Shown here: positions 34,186 through 44,071 of the stretch, piece after piece | Layout: each line of letters begins with the position of its first letter | Numbering within the stretch: the first letter of the stretch is position 1 | Assembly: GCA_041499035.1 (NCBI GenBank) | Contig: JBGQJK010000002.1 | Location: 6,571 to 70,570 of the forward strand | Direction of reading: 5' to 3' | Source of the DNA: Patescibacteria group bacterium | Lineage (GTDB): Bacteria > Patescibacteriota > Microgenomatia > UBA8517 | DNA length: 64,000 nucleotides | Translations under genes and position numbers: made by a program | The notes under the pieces: model-generated | Databases searched by the model: none | Told to the model about the DNA's origin: nothing | The model's input: only the letters and a program-made list of their open reading frames with translations

Positions 34186-34293
34186 CTGCCTTTGGGATAC
34201 TTTCGTGTGAAAGTTTCACGTCAGGTATTAGGTTCAAAATCTTTTAGTCCCAATTTCTTGTAGAATTAAATACTACGCTGTTGCGGTAATATA

Positions 34294-36933
34294 ATGGCTG
34301 ACATGAATAGAGAATCAAAACTTCTGGTTTGTCTTTTTTCCGACCCGAACTTTTTAGCTATTACTATTCTGGAGAACCTTCTTGCTAAGAATTGTTTAGT
34401 AAAGATTGTTACAGGGAACAAACGTCTCTGGAGTGAAAAAACACAGCACATTTCACAAACAGGAAGATTCTCTTTCATAGGTCTTGAAGAATATAAGCAG
34501 TTTGGGAATTTTTCATACGCAATATTTTGTGGAGGTTTCCTAAAGAAAGAGACCGCTTACACCGATTTTAAAAAGTTTATATCTAACAAAAACTTCGGGG
34601 ACGCCAAAACCCTGGCAATCTTTCCTTTTGAAACATTTTCACTTAAAAGGAGCAGCAAAATTGCGATAAGCGGGAATGCCGGAATTATCTACTTGGGTGA
34701 TCTTATGGGACCCCGGATTGATCTCTCTAGCGATCTTTTAGTTCCATCATTAATAAACGAAATGGTTACCCAAAGGTCCGTAACCTTAGGAGTAGGGGAG
34801 CTTTTTTATCCGCTTTTTATAGCGGACGCGGGCAGAGTTATCGTTAAGTGGTTGCTGTCGTTTGGCCCTTATGGTAAAGACACTTTTCTTTTAGGCAAGC
34901 AGGTTTCAAGCGGAGATTTTTGGAAACAAAACCTAAAGTCTTTCCCGGATCTAAAAATTCTTTATGATACCGATATCGAAACCCGTTTTATTCCAAAGGG
35001 CTATGAAACACAATATATAAACTCAAATTTAAACATTTGTCTCAACGAGACATACAAGTGGATAATAAAAGAGAAGATTTCGGGAGCTACAAAACAAACG
35101 AAAAATCTTGCGCCTAAAAAAGCTAAGATAAGAAAACCTTCACGGCTCAGGTTTTTAAGACCTTTTCTTATACCTTTTTTTGTAGTTTTATTTTTTCCAC
35201 TTATCACCTCGATTATATCCGGCGGTCTTTTATACCTATCTTATAAACAGTTCCTCTCGGAGAAAATACCGAGTGCCCAAAATACTGCGCTACTGGCAAA
35301 GACTGTTTTTGTTATTGGAAAGTCGGAGAGCGATCTGTTGAGTATATTACCTTTAATAGGTAAACCCTTTAAGGAAACCTCTTATATTTCCAAGGCTGGC
35401 GAAACTCTGTCCGATATGGCGGTTAATGCTATGCCGATTCTGGATACGGCTCGTAGTATGGTGCTTACCATTTTAGGCACAGGGGTATATGACGTAAAAG
35501 CTCCTTCTCAGGAAATAAAGACGGGGATGGAATATATATATAAAGATATTTCTATCTTTGAGATTATTACTAAAGAAAAGGCTGGCCAAGGCGTCCTCTC
35601 CGCAAAACAAGTGCTTCAGGTTTTAGACCTCGCTAAACTAAAGACTCTTTCTCGGGGGGGGAGCCTTCTTGCGGGGCAGTTGCCTTTGATCTTAGGTGCG
35701 GATACGGACAAAAATTATTTGGTGCTTTTTGAAAACAACATGGAGCTTAGGCCTACCGGCGGATTTGTAGGTTCATACGGAATTGCAAATTTTGGCGGGG
35801 GAAAATTAAATGGGTTGACAATAAACGATATTTATTCAGCCGACGGGCAGCTTAAGGGCCATATAGAGCCCCCGGCGCCCATTAAGACTTATTTAAATGA
35901 AGCAAACTGGTGGTTTAGAGATAGCAACTGGGATCCGGACTTTCCTACCTCAGCTGAGCGTGCCGAGTGGTTTTTGGGCAAAGAAATGAATCAGAATGTC
36001 GACGGGGTTATTGCGGTCGATTTGGAACCCATTAAGAGCCTTCTAAAATACACGGGCCCGATTTTTTTGCCCGACTACAATTTAACCGTAAACTCTGATA
36101 ATTTATATGAAAAGACACAGGAAGAAGCACAGTCTGATTTTTTCCCGGGATCAAGGAAAAAAGCAAGCTTCTTAACGGCTCTTTCAAGGTCTCTTCTGGG
36201 TGAAGTGCCGAAGCTGAGTTCGATTAACAGAGTTTTGACATTGAAAGCTTTATACGAAAGCCTGAACGGGCGCCATATTCAGGTTTATCTTCATGATCAA
36301 AATTCGGAGGCTGCGCTAGACAGCCTGGCTTGGGATGGAAAAATTCAATCATATTCTTGTGGTGACAGTTGTTATTCAGATTTCTTTGGGGATGTTGAAG
36401 CAAATGTTGGCGTTAACAAGTCCAATTATTTTGTAAGCAGAAAGTTTGATTTTAAAGTAAATATAAGTCCCCAAAAAATTTCCAGACAACTTACGATTAG
36501 CCTTACTAATTCCTCTAATCCCTCCCTCGGGCCCTCGGGTGTTTATAAACCCTACTTGAGGCTTCTGATCCCTACCGACTCGGAACTTTTAGGCGTTAAG
36601 GTTGTGAGCAGTGGAAACGAAAAGATCTTAACTCCCGATATAACCCGGGAAAAAGGCCGGCAGGAGGTAGGGGTGTATTTCGAGATGACTCCAGGACAAA
36701 AAGATGACATTGAGTTTATGTGGCAGAACACTATTTCTCCTGAACCTGCAATAAAAAGTTATGGCCTGTTTGTTAGAAAGCAGGCTGGAGTTGACGCAGA
36801 TCCAATAACAGTTCAATTTACGGGAACGAGGAACGTTCAGAGCCAGCCGGTGTTTTCCTTGACCAAGGAGGGTGTTTACACGTATAATACTGCCTTAGGC
36901 AAAGACCTCTTTGCGAGATTAACCTGGAAGTAA
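34294..36933 (+). CDS. large membrane-anchored hypothetical protein (879 aa)
   Basis: ~270-aa cytoplasmic N-region, single TM 'FLRPFLIPFFVVLFFPLITSIISGGLLYL', ~580-aa extracytoplasmic region; no motif I recognise. Confidence 0.4.
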   Translation: MADMNRESKLLVCLFSDPNFLAITILENLLAKNCLVKIVTGNKRLWSEKTQHISQTGRFSFIGLEEYKQFGNFSYAIFCGGFLKKETAYTDFKKFISNKNFGDAKTLAIFPFETFSLKRSSKIAISGNAGIIYLGDLMGPRIDLSSDLLVPSLINEMVTQRSVTLGVGELFYPLFIADAGRVIVKWLLSFGPYGKDTFLLGKQVSSGDFWKQNLKSFPDLKILYDTDIETRFIPKGYETQYINSNLNICLNETYKWIIKEKISGATKQTKNLAPKKAKIRKPSRLRFLRPFLIPFFVVLFFPLITSIISGGLLYLSYKQFLSEKIPSAQNTALLAKTVFVIGKSESDLLSILPLIGKPFKETSYISKAGETLSDMAVNAMPILDTARSMVLTILGTGVYDVKAPSQEIKTGMEYIYKDISIFEIITKEKAGQGVLSAKQVLQVLDLAKLKTLSRGGSLLAGQLPLILGADTDKNYLVLFENNMELRPTGGFVGSYGIANFGGGKLNGLTINDIYSADGQLKGHIEPPAPIKTYLNEANWWFRDSNWDPDFPTSAERAEWFLGKEMNQNVDGVIAVDLEPIKSLLKYTGPIFLPDYNLTVNSDNLYEKTQEEAQSDFFPGSRKKASFLTALSRSLLGEVPKLSSINRVLTLKALYESLNGRHIQVYLHDQNSEAALDSLAWDGKIQSYSCGDSCYSDFFGDVEANVGVNKSNYFVSRKFDFKVNISPQKISRQLTISLTNSSNPSLGPSGVYKPYLRLLIPTDSELLGVKVVSSGNEKILTPDITREKGRQEVGVYFEMTPGQKDDIEFMWQNTISPEPAIKSYGLFVRKQAGVDADPITVQFTGTRNVQSQPVFSLTKEGVYTYNTALGKDLFARLTWK

Positions 36934-36937
36934 AAGT

Positions 36938-37636
36938 ATGGACAAAAAAGTATTAAAAGCGGAACAAAGAAAATTAAGCGGGAGAAAAGTGAAAACCTTG
37001 CGTACCACGGGCCTCATCCCAGGAAATATTTATGGAAAAAAGACCAAATCTTTGGCCGTCCAGGTTGATAAAAAAGAGTTTGAGAAGCTTTACAAGGAAG
37101 TCGGGGAAACCGGGTTGGTTACACTTCAAGTAGGCAGTGATGAGCGGCCCGTTCTTGTTAACAATGTTCAGGTGCATCCCGTTACGGACGAGCCTATACA
37201 TATTGATTTTAGACAAGTTGATCTTAAGGTAAAAGTCACAGCTGAAGTTCCTGTAGAAGTAGTGGGCGAGTCGCCTGCAGAAAAACAGGGGATTGGAACC
37301 GTTGTTCAATACCTTAAAGAAGTCGAGATTGAAGCCCTCCCCTCGGATTTACTCGAGAAGTTTGAGATTGACGCTTCAATTCTCGCTGAAGTTGATCAGG
37401 CAATTTACGTGAAAGACTTGAAAGTAGATGCCTCGAAAGTTGAGATTAAAACAGGGGCCGAGGAAATTGTAGTAAAGGTTGAACCTCCTCAAAAAGAGGA
37501 AGTTGTGGAAGTTCCAGTAGTTCCTGTAGAAGGTGAAGTCCCGGCAGAGGGAGCGCCTGTAGCCGAAGGTCAAACACCTGGTGAGCAACCCGCCTCAGCT
37601 GAAGCTCCGTCGGGCAAGGAAGAACCTAAGGCCTAG
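36938..37636 (+). CDS. rplY: 50S ribosomal protein L25/general stress protein Ctc with acidic C-terminal extension
   Basis: 'LKAEQRKLSGRKVKTLRTTGLIPGNIYG...PVLVNNVQVHPVTDEPIHIDF' is the L25/Ctc signature. Confidence 0.8.
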   Translation: MDKKVLKAEQRKLSGRKVKTLRTTGLIPGNIYGKKTKSLAVQVDKKEFEKLYKEVGETGLVTLQVGSDERPVLVNNVQVHPVTDEPIHIDFRQVDLKVKVTAEVPVEVVGESPAEKQGIGTVVQYLKEVEIEALPSDLLEKFEIDASILAEVDQAIYVKDLKVDASKVEIKTGAEEIVVKVEPPQKEEVVEVPVVPVEGEVPAEGAPVAEGQTPGEQPASAEAPSGKEEPKA

Positions 37637-37952
37637 TATAGTTTGGATCGATCTCCATTGCTTTATCCAACTTTCCTGTTTCAATCCATCCGGGCACATA
37701 GCTTGGGTTTTTATCCAAAAAAACTTCCCAAAAGTCTGTTGACTTATTTTGAGTCTCCGCCGCCAAAACCTTGACTTTTTTAGGTCTTAAATATGTGCTA
37801 ATATTTATTAAGGTTAGAAGAAGAGTAAAGAGTAGAGCAACGTAGATAAATAACTCTTTGGAAGCCATTTTGAGAGCATCGTTCTTGTTAGCAGTTTTGG
37901 GCATTTTCAAGTATTGTAAAAACATGCTACTATAAATCATGGACGCAAACAA
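37626..37952 (-). CDS. small single-TM hypothetical protein
   Basis: ORF with one hydrophobic helix; weak support. Confidence 0.25.
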   Translation of the reverse strand: MFASMIYSSMFLQYLKMPKTANKNDALKMASKELFIYVALLFTLLLTLINISTYLRPKKVKVLAAETQNKSTDFWEVFLDKNPSYVPGWIETGKLDKAMEIDPNYTRP

Positions 37953-38469
37953 TTCACAACCAACAGGGGGTAATTCAAATTTAAATAAGATAGAGGAAGA
38001 TTTGCAAAAACTGACTAAAGAAGCTGCGTCGACTGCGCCGGTCGCAGCCGAAGTTCCTGCACAAACTAGTCAAGAAATCCCTGCAGTAGAACCGCTGACG
38101 CCTGTTTCCCCGCAGCCCGCACCTGTTTCGGTTGAACCGGTTAACGTTTCCACTACTCCAGGAGAGACTCCGCCCCCGCCGCCGAATGTCCCGGTAGAAG
38201 GTGATAAAAAGGGTATGCCCTTGATGACCATTGCTATGGGAATTTTGATACTGGCACTGGTTGTTGTAATCGGTTATGTAGTTTACGTTAAAGTTACAAC
38301 TCCCGCTGCGCCTGCAGCAGTACAAACAGTAGACACTCCTCAACCGACAGATGTTCCTGTTACCGATGTAACCCCGGCTCCCGACGCGGCAGCAACACCG
38401 GCTGATGCAGTGGTTCCTACCGATACTCCGGCTGCTACCGACTCCGCGCAACCGAGCCCTACCCCTTAG
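37939..38469 (+). CDS. Pro/Thr/Ala-rich single-TM hypothetical protein
   Basis: Low-complexity 'PVSPQPAPVSVEPV...TPPPPPNVP' flanks TM 'LMTIAMGILILALVVVIGYVVYV'. Confidence 0.35.
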   Translation: MDANNSQPTGGNSNLNKIEEDLQKLTKEAASTAPVAAEVPAQTSQEIPAVEPLTPVSPQPAPVSVEPVNVSTTPGETPPPPPNVPVEGDKKGMPLMTIAMGILILALVVVIGYVVYVKVTTPAAPAAVQTVDTPQPTDVPVTDVTPAPDAAATPADAVVPTDTPAATDSAQPSPTP

Positions 38470-40612
38470 GCCAACTAGAAGTTATTAGAAGATCCTTGTT
38501 TCCCATTTCGTGCCAGATTTGTTCTGTGACAAAAGGCATAAAGGGGTGAAGAAGTTTCAAGAAAGTTTCTAGTCCTTTAATCATAACGTCTCTATCTATC
38601 ATTCCGACTTTTGTATGTTCTATACAAATATCGCAGTACCAATGCCAAAATTCATCATAAAGCTTTTCAGAAGCAAGGTTTAGTTGATACTTTTCTAACA
38701 ACAATGAAACCTCTTCAATGATTTTCTTGATCCTTTTGTTGAATTCATTGTTTTCACTTCCTGGGTTTTCACCGGATTTATTAGACTGAAGCATAAATAA
38801 AAACCTCGCAGCATTCCAGATTTTATTTGAAAAGTTTCTCATACCCTTTACCTTATCTTCAGATAGAATTACTTTTCCACCCGCCGGGGAGCCATAGAGA
38901 AGCGACATCCTTAATGCGTCGGCGCCGTACTTATCTACAAAATCCAGTGGGTTAACCACATTGCCCTTACTTTTACTCATCTTTTGGCCTTTTGAATCGG
39001 CAAGCATGCTCCAAAGGTAAACATCTTTAAAAGGAATTTCCTTTTTCAAGTAGAGCGAAAAAAGAATCATTCTGGATACCCAAAACTTAAGAATATCGGA
39101 AAGAGTTGCCATAAGGTCAGTTGGGAAGCGGGTTTTAAATTCATCTTCTTTTAGCGTGACCATTGGCCATTGACCTGAAGAGAACCAGGTGTCAAAAGTG
39201 TCTGTCTCGGGCAAATATTTACCTTTGGGTTTTCCTCTACTTACTATATATTTTGCGCTTGCGGGTGCTCTTACGGACTGAAGGCCTTTTTCCACATCAC
39301 CGAAATCAAAGTCTGATACTTTACCAAACTTCTTTTCTCGATCTTTTCCGATGAAGGAAACTTGTAAATCAGGATTGTCAGAAACGGAATACCAAACTGG
39401 GATTTGAATCCCCCAAACTATTTGTCTGCTGATCGGCCAGTCGTGCATGATATCAAGCCAAGTCAGCATATGCCGCTTAAATTTCTTGGGGTAAAACTTA
39501 ATTTCGTCTTTTTCTACAACCTCTTTAACCTTTTCTTTGAGCGTTTCTACTTTTATAAACCAATTCGGTATAGTTAGGGGTTCAAGAACATGACCGCATT
39601 TGTAACATGTGATTACGTTGTGTGTATAGTTTTCGTCAACTTTTTCTAAAAGGCCTTTCTTTTTTAGGTCTTCGACTACCTTTACCCTAGCTTCCATAAC
39701 TTTCATTCCTGCATAAGGTCCAGTTATACTTGTGAGCCTACCCCTAAAGTCGATGACGCTTTTTATTTCAAGTCCATGCCTTTTACCCATTTCGAAATCG
39801 GTTGGGTCGTGTCCTGGCGTTACTTTAACTACGCCGGTCCCGAAAGCTGGATCTACCGATTCGTCCTCAATTACTTTTAGTTTAAATTTACCCAAAAGTC
39901 CTTCGACTTCAATTTCTTTGCCAACCCATTTTTTGTATCTTTTGTCTTTAGGGTTTACTGCTACCGCCGTGTCACCGAATTTAGTTTCAGGTCTTACTGT
40001 AGCCAAAGTAAATGGCCCGTACTTTATATAATAGAGGGGATCTTTTTGTTCGACATGTTTTACTTCGAGTTCTGCTAAAGAAGTGCCATCGTGGACGCAG
40101 TAGTTGACGATATAACTATCTCTATATACCAGACCTTCAGCTTCCATCTTCTTGAAGGTCTCAAAAACCTGATTGATTACGTTTTCATCGAGCGTAAAGA
40201 CGCTTCTATCCCAATCAGCGGAGAAACCAAGGCGCTTAAATTGTTCAAAAATAAGTCCGGAATTGTTTTTGACAAAATCAAAAATGTTTTGATATAAAGT
40301 CTGGCGGTCAAAGTCCATTCTGGATTTACCTTCCTTGGCCAATTGTTTTTCGTAAACATACTGCGTCTCAAAGCCAGCGTGATCCATTCCCGGAATCCAA
40401 AGTGCGGAATAGCCATTCATTCGTTTGTAGCGGATCAAGATGTCGTCCACTGTGTACATTGCATGCCCGGCATGAAGTGAGGCATTGGCGTTTGGTGGGG
40501 GCATTAATATTGTATAGGGAGTACCCGTCTTACTTGCTTTAAATGCGCCGGACTCCTCCCATTTTTTATAAATTTCGCTCTCAAATTTTTTGTGATCGTA
40601 TTGAGGATCCAT
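38459..40612 (-). CDS. valS: valyl-tRNA synthetase (compact form)
   Basis: Class I HIGH 'PPPNANASLHAGHAM' (ValRS-type PPPN-x-x-G/S-x-LH-x-GHA) and 'KMSKSKGN'. Shorter than typical ValRS; lacks the C-terminal coiled coil. Confidence 0.7.
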   Translation of the reverse strand: MDPQYDHKKFESEIYKKWEESGAFKASKTGTPYTILMPPPNANASLHAGHAMYTVDDILIRYKRMNGYSALWIPGMDHAGFETQYVYEKQLAKEGKSRMDFDRQTLYQNIFDFVKNNSGLIFEQFKRLGFSADWDRSVFTLDENVINQVFETFKKMEAEGLVYRDSYIVNYCVHDGTSLAELEVKHVEQKDPLYYIKYGPFTLATVRPETKFGDTAVAVNPKDKRYKKWVGKEIEVEGLLGKFKLKVIEDESVDPAFGTGVVKVTPGHDPTDFEMGKRHGLEIKSVIDFRGRLTSITGPYAGMKVMEARVKVVEDLKKKGLLEKVDENYTHNVITCYKCGHVLEPLTIPNWFIKVETLKEKVKEVVEKDEIKFYPKKFKRHMLTWLDIMHDWPISRQIVWGIQIPVWYSVSDNPDLQVSFIGKDREKKFGKVSDFDFGDVEKGLQSVRAPASAKYIVSRGKPKGKYLPETDTFDTWFSSGQWPMVTLKEDEFKTRFPTDLMATLSDILKFWVSRMILFSLYLKKEIPFKDVYLWSMLADSKGQKMSKSKGNVVNPLDFVDKYGADALRMSLLYGSPAGGKVILSEDKVKGMRNFSNKIWNAARFLFMLQSNKSGENPGSENNEFNKRIKKIIEEVSLLLEKYQLNLASEKLYDEFWHWYCDICIEHTKVGMIDRDVMIKGLETFLKLLHPFMPFVTEQIWHEMGNKDLLITSSWPKG

Positions 40613-41327
40613 GGCTGTATTGCTTTGCCCTTCCGAAGCTTTATGCGAAGGAGGGTAGCATCAGGTTATATTCTATCATCCGAGTTTGCATTTTGCAGAG
40701 GGAGCGAGTAATATCTGAGCATGCAAGAATTTGGATCGTCACAGGCAAGAAAAGCGAATCTTTTATGCACTGATTCATCTTGTGAATTAAATGAAACAGA
40801 ATCCCAACTACGGCCAGTTGAGGAAGTAATTGCTCTAGCTATGGAACACGATAAATTGGTAGGACATGAGGCTGTTGTAGTTCGCCACGATGATAGCCAC
40901 CCGCTTACTTCAGAAGAAGGAACAAAAGCCTGGATTGCAACTGGTACACTCCTTGTGTAAACCTTTTATTTATTTCTTTTTAAGCGTCTTGAAGATTAAA
41001 AAACCCAAAATTGCCAGGAAGATTGAAACAATGGCAGATAGAATAGTCACGCTTACCGTCATTTGTTAATTTTAGCACCCAAACTTGATTTTTGCAGAAT
41101 GAAGCATATGATTGGGCTATATGGAGTTTGCTAAACCGGGATATCCCGAGGAACGTTTGTACAATTTAACCTTGGCGATTAGAGATGGTTTATTGGCAGA
41201 AAGGCAACAACCACAAGGTTCTATTACACTCATTTACAGTTTTGAACTTCTAAGAGAGGCGGCAAAAAAAACCGGTGATTCCAAAACGGAAGAAGAAGCA
41301 AATGCCCTTGTAGAGTACTTGTATAAA

Positions 41328-42356
41328 TCACAACAGCCTTAAATTGGGGCTCCGGTCAATTATATCTGGATTTGTAAATTCTCCTCTATCTGCCTTGAAA
41401 CTTGCGGCTACCCCGATCATTGCGGCGTTGTCTCCGTAGAGTCTTTTGGTATATGGGAACCAAAGTCTCAAGCCATATTTTTTACATAAACCCCTCAACA
41501 TTTTTCTTAAAGTGACGTTTGCCATTACCCCGCCTCCGGCCAAAACATCTTTAGCACCACCGATTTTTTGATTACGGATCGTATATTCAAAGACCCTGAT
41601 GAAATGGGTAAACGCAGCATGTTGGAACGACGCAGCCAGGTCTTTAATGGCCTGAGTATTTAGGCCTTTTTTACGTTTCAATTCTCCAACTTTTCTAAAC
41701 ATCGACGTTTTTACTCCCGAATAACTAAAGATCATTCTTTTTTCCTGACCTAAGAGGGGAATAGGGAGTGGATATTTTTTTGGATCACCTTCCTTTGCGA
41801 GTTTTTCTATAATATGACCCCCGGGGTAGCCAAACCCCAACATTCTTGCAGCCTTGTCCAATGCCTCACCGATCGCGTCATCTACCGATTGGGCAAGAAG
41901 TTTGTAACTTCCGATTTTGTTTATAAGAATAATATCCGTGTGTTTTCCTGAGGTTGTGATTCCAATAGCAGGAAAATCGGGAAGTTTTTCCAAATTCGCG
42001 AGCGGGCTTAATATGTGACCTTCAATGTGGTTCATGGCCAGAAAGGGCTTATTATATTTTTCCGACAGCTCTTTGGCTTTTTTAATCCCAACTTCAAGAG
42101 CAATGGCCAACCCGGGTCCAACAGTAACCGCTATGCAGCCCAGGTTTTCCATTTTCCATTTTCCATTTTCCATTGCTTTGCTTACTACAAAATCTATTCT
42201 TTCCTCGTGTTTTCTTTTGGCCAGAGAGGGAACAACCCCGCCGAACTTGGCGTGGAGTGAAGCCTGTGACCAAATGGTATTACTTAAAATTTTTGTTCCT
42301 TCAGTTACTGCTACGGCTGTCTCGTCACAGCTCGTGTCAATTGATAATATTTTCAT
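41328..42356 (-). CDS. tsaD: tRNA N6-adenosine threonylcarbamoyltransferase TsaD (Kae1/Gcp family)
   Basis: 'MKILSIDTSCDETAVAV' N-terminus and 'GGVMANVTLR' are typical of TsaD. Confidence 0.85.
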   Translation of the reverse strand: MKILSIDTSCDETAVAVTEGTKILSNTIWSQASLHAKFGGVVPSLAKRKHEERIDFVVSKAMENGKWKMENLGCIAVTVGPGLAIALEVGIKKAKELSEKYNKPFLAMNHIEGHILSPLANLEKLPDFPAIGITTSGKHTDIILINKIGSYKLLAQSVDDAIGEALDKAARMLGFGYPGGHIIEKLAKEGDPKKYPLPIPLLGQEKRMIFSYSGVKTSMFRKVGELKRKKGLNTQAIKDLAASFQHAAFTHFIRVFEYTIRNQKIGGAKDVLAGGGVMANVTLRKMLRGLCKKYGLRLWFPYTKRLYGDNAAMIGVAASFKADRGEFTNPDIIDRSPNLRLL

Positions 42357-43412
42357 TTATAGATTGCCCCAACTGATTAATCTTTCATTCTCTCCTGACC
42401 CGTATTTAATTTTTACCCAAATAATAATTGCTTCATCGTCAAACTCGCGAATGGTGTCGGAAACACGCTCGGCCCACTCAACAGCAATAACGGATCTGTC
42501 TTTAATTAGTTTTTCAAAATCCAAGTCGCGGATTTCGTTAGGATCGCTCATTCTCCAGGCGTCAAAGTGAAACAGTTTTTCTTTACCCGTTGCATATTCG
42601 TTTTCCAAAATAAAAGTTGGGGAGGTAACTAGTTCAGTTATTCCCATTGCGCGGGCCAGGCCCTTGGTAAAAACAGTCTTACCTGCTCCCATTTCGCCTT
42701 CAAGCGCGAAAACAATTGCGCGTTTGCCCTCATTGTTTTGATATTTTTGCCAGATCTCTTTTGCTAAATTTTGAGTGTTCTCTTCACCCCGGCTCAAGAC
42801 CTTATTTTCGTTAGAAAGTTTTATTTCTCCCTGTCTAAGGACCACAGGGTCGTCAAGAGTTGTATCGACTACCGTTGAAGGATCATTTTTTGGTAATTCC
42901 CCGGCGTCAATTATTAAATCAATCAAGCTTTTTTGTTTTGCGCTGATGTTTTCCAAAATATCCGATATTTGATAAGGTCTCTTTTTATAACTGGCATTGG
43001 CTGATGTTGAGGTTATTGGCTTTCCAAATTTCTTAACGATATCAATAACAAGTTTGTAATCCGGAATGCGAATTCCCAAGGTTCCGTCCTCACTTTCAAC
43101 TTCGGGAGCGGTTTTGTGCTTGCCTTTGGAAATGATGGTTAGCGGTCCCGGAAGGAATTTCTCGTACAAATTTTTCGCTGACTGGTTTAGAGTTACATAT
43201 TCTTCCGCCATTTTTTCATCAGTTACAGCTATTGAATAAGGTTTGCCGAACGGCCGGTTTTTGTATTCGGTTAATTTCTTAACAGCATCGGGGTTTGTGG
43301 CGTCGGCGCCGATTCCGTAAAGAGTTTCCGTCGGATAGATAATAAGTCCACCACGCTTAAGTACTTTAACCGCTTTTTGAACCGTACGTTCGTCATTTTT
43401 GGTCACTTGCAT
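42357..43412 (-). CDS. fusion protein: threonylcarbamoyl-AMP synthase (TsaC/Sua5/YrdC) + TsaE (YjeE) P-loop ATPase
   Basis: N-half 'GLIIYPTETLYGIGADA...GIRIPD' is YrdC-like; C-half 'RAIVFALEGEMGAGKTVFTKGLARAMGI...PTFIL' is TsaE-like. Confidence 0.7.
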   Translation of the reverse strand: MQVTKNDERTVQKAVKVLKRGGLIIYPTETLYGIGADATNPDAVKKLTEYKNRPFGKPYSIAVTDEKMAEEYVTLNQSAKNLYEKFLPGPLTIISKGKHKTAPEVESEDGTLGIRIPDYKLVIDIVKKFGKPITSTSANASYKKRPYQISDILENISAKQKSLIDLIIDAGELPKNDPSTVVDTTLDDPVVLRQGEIKLSNENKVLSRGEENTQNLAKEIWQKYQNNEGKRAIVFALEGEMGAGKTVFTKGLARAMGITELVTSPTFILENEYATGKEKLFHFDAWRMSDPNEIRDLDFEKLIKDRSVIAVEWAERVSDTIREFDDEAIIIWVKIKYGSGENERLISWGNL

Positions 43413-43454
43413 TTGGCTATTTTACCACGAGATCTTTTGTAATATAGTACCCAC

Positions 43455-44060
43455 ATGTATCAGATGGTCGAAATGATGAGGAACTTTAAGCCCGCAAAAG
43501 ATGTCTATGATACGGTTGGCAAAAAACGAGCAGAGGACATCTTTAAAAAAATAGAAAAATATCTCGGTAAAAACGATAAAATTTTGGAACTGGGAGCCGG
43601 AACTTGCCATATCGTTGAATTTCTGAGGAATCGTAACTTTGATGTAACCCCATTGGACGTTATAAATATAAGCTTCATTGATGGTATAAACCCGATAATA
43701 TACGATGGAAAGACAATTCCCTTTAAGGATAATTATTTTGACATTTCGCTATTAATCACTGTATTACATCATTGTCAGGATCCTGAAGACGTCTTAAAAG
43801 AAGCTAAGAGAGTATCAAAGAAAGTAATTGTTATCGAGGATGTTTATGATAACACTTTTGAGAAGTACGTGACTTTTGTATGGGACAGTTTAATAAATTT
43901 AGAATTTTTTGGACATCCCCACTCAAATAAAAGTCACAAAGAATGGAGGGAAACATTTAAAAAACTTGACCTAAAACTCGATGGTTATGATAGGAGTCCT
44001 CTGGTAGGCGGATATTTGAACGGCACTTACTTTCTTACGAAAACCAAACCGCAACCCTAA
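43455..44060 (+). CDS. class I SAM-dependent methyltransferase
   Basis: Motif I 'ILELGAGTCHIVEFL', acidic motif II 'VTPLDV'. Confidence 0.6.
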   Translation: MYQMVEMMRNFKPAKDVYDTVGKKRAEDIFKKIEKYLGKNDKILELGAGTCHIVEFLRNRNFDVTPLDVINISFIDGINPIIYDGKTIPFKDNYFDISLLITVLHHCQDPEDVLKEAKRVSKKVIVIEDVYDNTFEKYVTFVWDSLINLEFFGHPHSNKSHKEWRETFKKLDLKLDGYDRSPLVGGYLNGTYFLTKTKPQP

Positions 44061-44071
44061 GCACGGGTGTA

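Noticed and set aside
37981-38451. 156-aa Cys/Arg-rich minus-strand ORF
   Set aside because: Antisense to a Pro/Thr/Ala-rich low-complexity gene. The composition (R/C/G) is typical of reverse-frame artefacts of GC-rich codons.
42025-42570. 181-aa + strand ORF across the tsaD / tsaC-tsaE junction
   Set aside because: Antisense to two strongly supported t6A genes; no motifs.
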